Shown here one piece after another: positions 57,201-64,000 of a stretch of 64,000 bases of DNA. Position 1 is the first letter of the stretch; every line of letters begins with the position of its first letter. The DNA comes from the human T2T-CHM13v2.0 reference genome, Homo sapiens: the NCBI RefSeq assembly GCF_009914755.1, contig NC_060942.1. One strand, given 5' to 3'. The position numbers were made by a program, and so were the translations under genes. The notes beneath the pieces are model-generated. The model was not told the origin of the DNA. It saw only the letters and a program-made list of their open reading frames with translations, and did no database searches.

Positions 57201-58539
57201 GCTACAGCATGCCTGCCTGCTTAGAACCACAAAGACTATGAAAGCCAAAATGTATAGGCAACAGGAAGCCCATCTGGAGACTCTAGTCTTTGTTTTTAGT
57301 ATGTATATTAATTTTAAAAACAAAATAGCTACCATGTACAATAACTATGTTTTTCTGTTGTGGTTGTTTATCAGATATGAGGATTGTTTCAGCTTCATAG
57401 TCAAGATGAGACTAAATTTGTCCTCCTAGAAAGATTCCAAGGAGAGCAGGAAAGATGCTGTAAGAATTAAAATGAATTATATGGGGTCCAGCCACCCCTC
57501 TCTTTGTCCCCACCTGTAGGTTGAAGCCATGCAATCACAGGCAACTTAACAAAGCTCTGTCCCTTCCTGGCCTGATGCAGGACCCTAGGCCAAATGCTGT
57601 CCCTGGCCTTATTTTCCATTCCTAGTGTGTCATTTAACAATGTTTTTATTCCTTGCTATTTGATTTGAAGCCAAAATTCTGACGTGGCATCAGTTTTGCT
57701 GCCAGATAATGCATTAAACCTTACTAAGGGGTAAACATAATGATCTTCATTAAACCCTTTAAATGAACCCACCTCCTGCTTCTTCAGGTTGAGAAAAGCA
57801 TTGACAGGGAATGTTGTGGAAGCGTCTTGGAGCTATTTTCTTCTTGTAACAAGGGGAGGGAGAGATGAGTGGCAGCTTTTAGGGGCAAAAAGAAAGTTAG
57901 GTAAACATAAAAGGTTTTGTAAGATTTCCTTTCCTAATGGCAAAGTTTTAGAGCAATGAATCACAATTCAGTCAATACCATTAGTTTTGGGGCATTATAT
58001 ACCCTCATTAAAGTGCATAAACAATTATATTTATTGAAGGTAATGTACTGTGTAGTGCATTATAACGAGACTCATTAACATATGTAATCATCATTTGAAT
58101 GGGCTTTACTACAATGTAAACTGATAATGGCATGATTACACACTGGGTTATTAACTTTTCAGTCTTAAGATAATAAAAGGTGATGCAAAAAACCAAAAGC
58201 ACATATGCATTGCCCTTCATTTGTGAGTTATGCATTTCCATACCAAATTCTAAGCTCAGGTACCCATGCTCAGAAGCTGTCTCTTCACTGCCTATTGTCT
58301 TGACAAAATACTAAATTCCATGCAGTGCTTTGAGGGTTGGGGCTATTTCAGACCTAATTATGAAGACAATTCTGTGAGTGACCCTATTTCTATCTTATAT
58401 TGTGGCTTAATCTATCCATGCTTTGGTTTTCATAACTTTCTACCCTAGACCCTGTTAATATCACATGCTCTAAGAAAAATGAGAACTTCCTCCAAACCTT
58501 CTCTTTGAAAAATCTCATTTAAGAGTCATGTGGCTGATG

Positions 58540-58975
58540 ATGGGGAAACATTGAGAAAACCCACAGTAAGGCACATTGTATGAAAAGTGACAAGGTCATG
58601 AAAGACAGAGTAAGGAAATGTTCTAGAGTCAAAGAGATGCGAAAGACAAAACAAAATGCAATGTATGACCTCAGATTGGATCCTGAGCCAGAATTTTCTT
58701 CTCTCTTTTGCTGTAAAGCTGTTTTTATTAGGACAATTGGAAAACTTTCAATAAGGTCTGTAAATCAGATAATGGCACCTTATTCTCAAATGAATCAGAA
58801 AAAACAATATTTTTTAGGCCTAATAAGAATAGTAATTATAATATAGATGAAAAGAGCAAATCGTGAAGTAAATGTGGTAAAAAGTTAACATAATATGGGT
58901 GAAGGATATTTAGGAATTCTTTGCACTATTTTTGCAACATTTGCTATGTCTGAAATTATTTCAAAATTAAAAAAG
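58540..58975 (+). mobile_element. L1MC4/5-type 3' end
   Basis: aaggtcatgaaagaca...aaatgcaatgtatgacc...gattggatcctg...gggtgaaggatat...tttgcactatttttgcaac...tgaaattatttcaaaat. Confidence 0.72.
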
Positions 58976-61900
58976 AGAGAGACATTTGGAATTTAAGAAC
59001 TGACCATGAAAAGGCCATGACTGTAACTAAGCAGGTCTGGTGGTTGATGTTATCAGCGATGAGTCAGAATAATGATCAGGATCCCAGTACTCATGTAGGT
59101 TCTTTATCTCCTCTGTCAGTGAAAGTCCCAGATTTGATAGAACAGTTTTTAATTCCTTTCTTCCCAGCAATATTTATTTCCTGTATTTTAGGGTCAGGAA
59201 TGACAAAAGGTTTGTGATACAAAAGGTAAAAGACATTGTACTTTTGTCACTTGGATTAAAAAGTTATAGCAGTAGCCACTTAAAATTCCCTCTGAACGAT
59301 GACTTCACAACTAAGTTTGGAATCAGCATGAGAGCTAGACTCAAAAGAATGATTGACTTACATCTCTGTATAAGCCCTAAGGAACAGACTCCTGTCGTCA
59401 TCTCAAATGAACTGCTGCATTCTCACTCCTAAGTGGCATCCAAACTTTAGTCATCAGATCCAGTGGAATAGGCATAAGTTTACCAACCACACTTATTTTG
59501 GGTTGGATGAAGTAAATAAAAACAAAATAAATTACCCAGAACACTGAGGAAGAACAAAGATAAAACTAAACTCAGAGGTTTCTGGTATTCGTTCTTTTTT
59601 TTCCATTAGACCACATAACCCGATGAGAGCAGTAATGTTGATATATTTTACATTTTTCTCTAGAATATATTTTCTTCAGTGTCTAATTTGCACCAAATTT
59701 CATGGAAATTGGGGAGTTCTATAGCTAAGAGCTACCCATTTTAAAGTACAATTATAAAAGCAGAACAGCCTGATCATCCTTACAAACTACAAAGCAAAAT
59801 TAAGCAATACCTCTCTATAAACAAGAGGAAATGCATACTCTGTATGCATTTCTACATAGATAACTAGACTTGAAGACTACATCTGCTGGGTTAATGTTTT
59901 TATTAAATCATATTCATGTTGGCACAATCGTCTTTTCTCATTATAAACACTGAGCACTTTTATTTGCTACAGAGTATAGCTTTAAGACATTTTCAATTGA
60001 CTGACAGCTGCCTGTCAACTTCTGACTCTGGAGAAATCCAGGAACTCAGCCTGTAAAGCTCCAGGGAGTTCTAGGGAGCTCCAACATGGTTAATGGCCGT
60101 CCATTAGCATAGGGCCCAGCAGAGCCCCGGAATCTGTTAAGTGGGAAGTTCTTGCTGTAGAAGGTCATATAATTCCCTGTTGCCATCTGAGAGAACTGGG
60201 AAAATTCAACTTGAAGCAAAGACTGGGGTGCTATAAGTTTATGTACTAAGGGAAATCATTTCATGCAGTTTGGTACTACTGTACACCATGTTTTATTTAT
60301 ATTCTATACTGGATGAGAAATTGAATACTATGCTCTTTTCTGGCAATGGAAACCTGCCTTATTCTCCTAAACTGGGCACGGCATCAATACAGCAGCTTGC
60401 AGCCTTTTTGACTATGTATTATAGAGTGGCTTCTGTGCATTATATATTAAATCCGATATGCACTGTGAGTTTATATGCCACACGCACTACATTTTTCTAT
60501 ATTACGTCCTGCAATCTATCATATTAAGTGAAAGGGGTGATGGAGTGGGCCTCAGGTAATGTAAAGAAGATTGCTAACAGCTTGCATGCTGCGTTGAGAG
60601 TAGGTAGGCATTTCTGCAGTGTACTCTGTGTATATATCAGGAGAGCACGCTGCAAACTGACCATGTAGAGAGTTCCACATCCCTGGCAATGGAATTAACC
60701 ACCTGTACACTACTAAAATTACCTACCAGCCCCAAACAACATGCCAACCCCATTAACAAAGCCCAGCAAAGGTCAAGAAAGCCAAATAGTTCTTCCTAGA
60801 AGTGAGAATAAAAATGAGGTCTGGGCTGTCAAAGGAAAAGCAGGCTCTACTTAAAAGCAGTCAACCCAGGCTAACAAAGGTCTTCAACACAGGAAACTTG
60901 GACAAACATTTAGCAATCACTGCCTCTGAGCTGTTAATCTATATCTCATGTTCTTTGGTCTAACACATGGAAGAAACCTGCAGGTCCCATACCCAAACAT
61001 CACATTTAAAAGAAACCCACAAAAGCCATAATTAAAAAGTATTGACTATGCTTTTTGAAATAAAAGCGTGTTTTCTATGGCATTATCTATTCATGTAGCA
61101 GAATTCCTAAATTCAGGAAGACTCAGAATTATGTTGCTTGCCTCATCACTGTTCCTTAAATTATTTTTTCTGGAATTTCCTAGGATGAGGAAATACACGT
61201 AAACCGGATCACTGTCTTTTTGGCATAACATTTATGGCTTATGAGGAATTCTGATGGTAATTCTTTTTTTTTTTTTTTTTTTTTTTGGCTGTGAAAACTT
61301 CTTGGTTCTGCTTACCCATTGATTTAAAGGTAAAATGTTTTTCCGTTACCTGGGAACTAGGTATTGTGTTTGCCCATCAAGACTTTGACCTTGTGTTCAG
61401 CCACTGTGAGATCCACTGGTCCTCACTGTCTGAGATCCTGCAGTTACTTTAATCTATAGTTACTAATCTTGGAATTACACTTTAAAAAAATAAAGAAGAA
61501 GAACCCCGCTATTAGACACTCGTGACCGACCACAGGGCTGTCTTGCCTTCGCATTGTCACTGCAGAATCTTTTTCTAAGAGCAGTGAAAGTGGTCACAAG
61601 GATGAAGAATCTTTGCTATCAATATTAGTGAAAAGAACCCCCTTTTAAGGTGCTGTATAATCACTCATTATTTCTATTCTTCTAGCACTTATATACTTCA
61701 TGCAGTGAGGGGATTGTAGCTTTTGTGGAAAGGGACATTTGGCCTTGAGTGTCAGGCTTTACAATGCATCTCTGGTGCAATATTATCAGGTGACACCAAT
61801 TCATCCCAGCGCATTTTACAGCTTAACAGAAGGTTTTGATTTCCTGGTGGAGTCTTGATTGATTCTGAATTCTTTAGCATTCAACCTTCCTTGTGGTGAT

Positions 61901-63359
61901 TGTTATAAGATTTAATACAGGAAATATTAAGTTTAAACAAAGAAGGCCCAGAAGGGATACTTCTGTGGACTGTCAGGTATATTTTTCACTGTGAAGTGGA
62001 AGTGCCAAGCTAGCCAAGGAGACTTGGGGTTTGCTTTAGACCACCTTATGGATTTCTACAGCTGCCCCAGAGGGACAGGATCCAAACGGCTCTGCTACCC
62101 ACAATCTCAGCTGCTAGACGATGCACAGAGTGACAGTGATGAGCCAAGGAAAACTAGTAGGAGGTACTTCCAGCTTCCTTCCATCAAAGGGAAGGCTGCC
62201 AAATTCAAAACTCTAAAGATGCCAGGGAGCCGGAAAATATAGCATCAGAAAAATGGCTAGACCAGGTGAAGCCCCTGGGCTGCATACGGAGGAGCGTCTG
62301 TAACGTGCTTGGCCACATTTGCACCAAGTTTCTTTCCTGCCGTCGTTAACAGCCTGTGTGCAGACTTTCCCTTATGCTTTTTAGAAGGACCGAGTCAAAG
62401 CAGGGAAATGGGATTTTAATAAAATAGCACCAGTGATAGCAAATGTTTGTTTTCCTAGATGGAGAGGAACTGATCATCATTGAATTGCTTACAATATCTG
62501 GATGATAAGGATGTGGGCACCCTGCCTCCTTCTCTAGAGCAGGGGGATTCACGTTGCTCCTCAGCAATGCTAGTAGGTAGGTGCAGAGATCAATCCTTCA
62601 GTCACCAGGAAGAAATGACCTCAACTGAATAGTTATTCATTCTTTCATGTGTTAAAAAGTTGCCTAAGAAAGCTTTTTGATATGGTAGAGTAGAAATATA
62701 GCAGAGTGGTGGGCACATAGTAGGTTCATGGTATGTTGATGGGTGAAACTGTGGAGGAGAGGATCTTCCTCCATTCCTGAGGTGATGAAGTTATGACAGG
62801 AGGCAACGTTTTCACAACCTGGCATTGCTCAGCAGAGATGCTCTACCATGTGGCATTCTACAAACCAAACCACAGGGCATTCTCTACCCTCGTATTGTAT
62901 TCATCACAGTGCATACCCATGGAGGGTTCCCCAGTACACAATCTTATACCAATTTATACATATATCTATAGATATATATATAATGTACATAATCATTCTG
63001 CAGCTGTCAGAAGCTCCTGGAAAGCCCAAGAGTTCAGTATGAAAGGTGCTATTAGCCTGGGAAAAACACCACGGCTGCCGCAGATGGCTCATTTTCACAA
63101 TAGACCTGAGGTTTAAAAAAAAAAAAAAAAACACAAAACCTAGTTGTTTGGCCTGCAGCATAAACAAGGAATATTCTCCTTGAGCAAGTGAAACTGGCTT
63201 TGCAGAAATGAGGCTCCAATCAGTCTTGCTAAATTCTAACATTAAATATACACACATAGGTACACATACAAATGTTCTCCAGACAAAGATGCAAGTTTGA
63301 GGTAGCTGTATTCAAAGCTTGACTTTATAACTTTATTTGTCATGGTGGTGCTAGTAATA

Positions 63360-64000
63360 TTTTAAAAATTAATAAGAATATTGAATTGTAAAAGTAACAC
63401 ATGCTCATTCCTGAAAATTTGAAAAATAGAGACAAATCCACCCAAAAATTTGTTATCCTGGGATATTTACATATTTATAAGTATTATTTTATAGATAACT
63501 TATAATTACATATTATATATCATTAATGTGTTGTACTATATGAAATAAATTATACAAAATAAAATATATAATATATAAACAAAATATATAGTTAATAAAT
63601 AAATTATATTATCTTTAAATATACAAATAAATGTTTATTTATTCATATGTGTATATATGTACACACACATATATATCCTGGAAATATATATAAAGTAGAC
63701 ATATTAGTATACATTATAGACATAGTTATATCATCTGTGTATATATATTATAAACTTTTTTACATAATTAATACAATATGTTTATATATGTATACATTTT
63801 GATGTCGTTTTTCTTTCTCAATATTTTAATTATAATAGGAACAATTTCCCATGTCATTAATCGTTAATTACACCACTGAACATTTTTAATGACTACACAG
63901 TATTCTATCATGTGTATGTATCACAACTTTTTCCAACAAGTCATCCACTACTAGAAATCTCCAAAAAATGGTCCCAGCTTTTCTTTTCCTCAAACAATTT
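63360..64000 (-). mobile_element. Degraded L1ME-type remnant with AT-rich low-complexity expansion (63470-63800)
   Basis: aaagtaacacatgctcatt...atttcccatgtcattaa...tttttaatgactacacagtattctat. Confidence 0.5.

Overview
Human genomic DNA, intronic or intergenic. The species call rests on an AluYb8 with its diagnostic 7-bp duplication. Well over half of the window is interspersed repeats: Alu J/S/Y, L1 from L1ME to L1PA, L2, MIR, MaLR/ERVL LTRs including a complete THE1C provirus, and hAT/Tigger DNA transposons. I see no CpG island, recognisable protein-coding gene, structural RNA gene or CRISPR. The ORF track is explained by L1 ORF2 remnants, Alu/THE1-derived frames and chance ORFs. I found no convincing previously undescribed biological system. 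The best leads are mutational or retrotransposition events visible in the sequence: (1) a perfect 35-bp inverted repeat inside THE1C-int, probably from a template switch; (2) an old L1 that keeps both ends and a TSD but has lost ORF1 and the RT domain, with a candidate short 3' transduction; (3) an AluYb8 that may be polymorphic; (4) a full-length L1MA8-like element with TSD and nested insertions; (5) a chain of candidate minus-strand exons at 3.4-8.4 kb; (6) repeat-poor blocks that may be conserved enhancers. Repeat subfamily names come from remembered consensus sequences, not from a RepeatMasker run, and the boundaries of old repeats are approximate.
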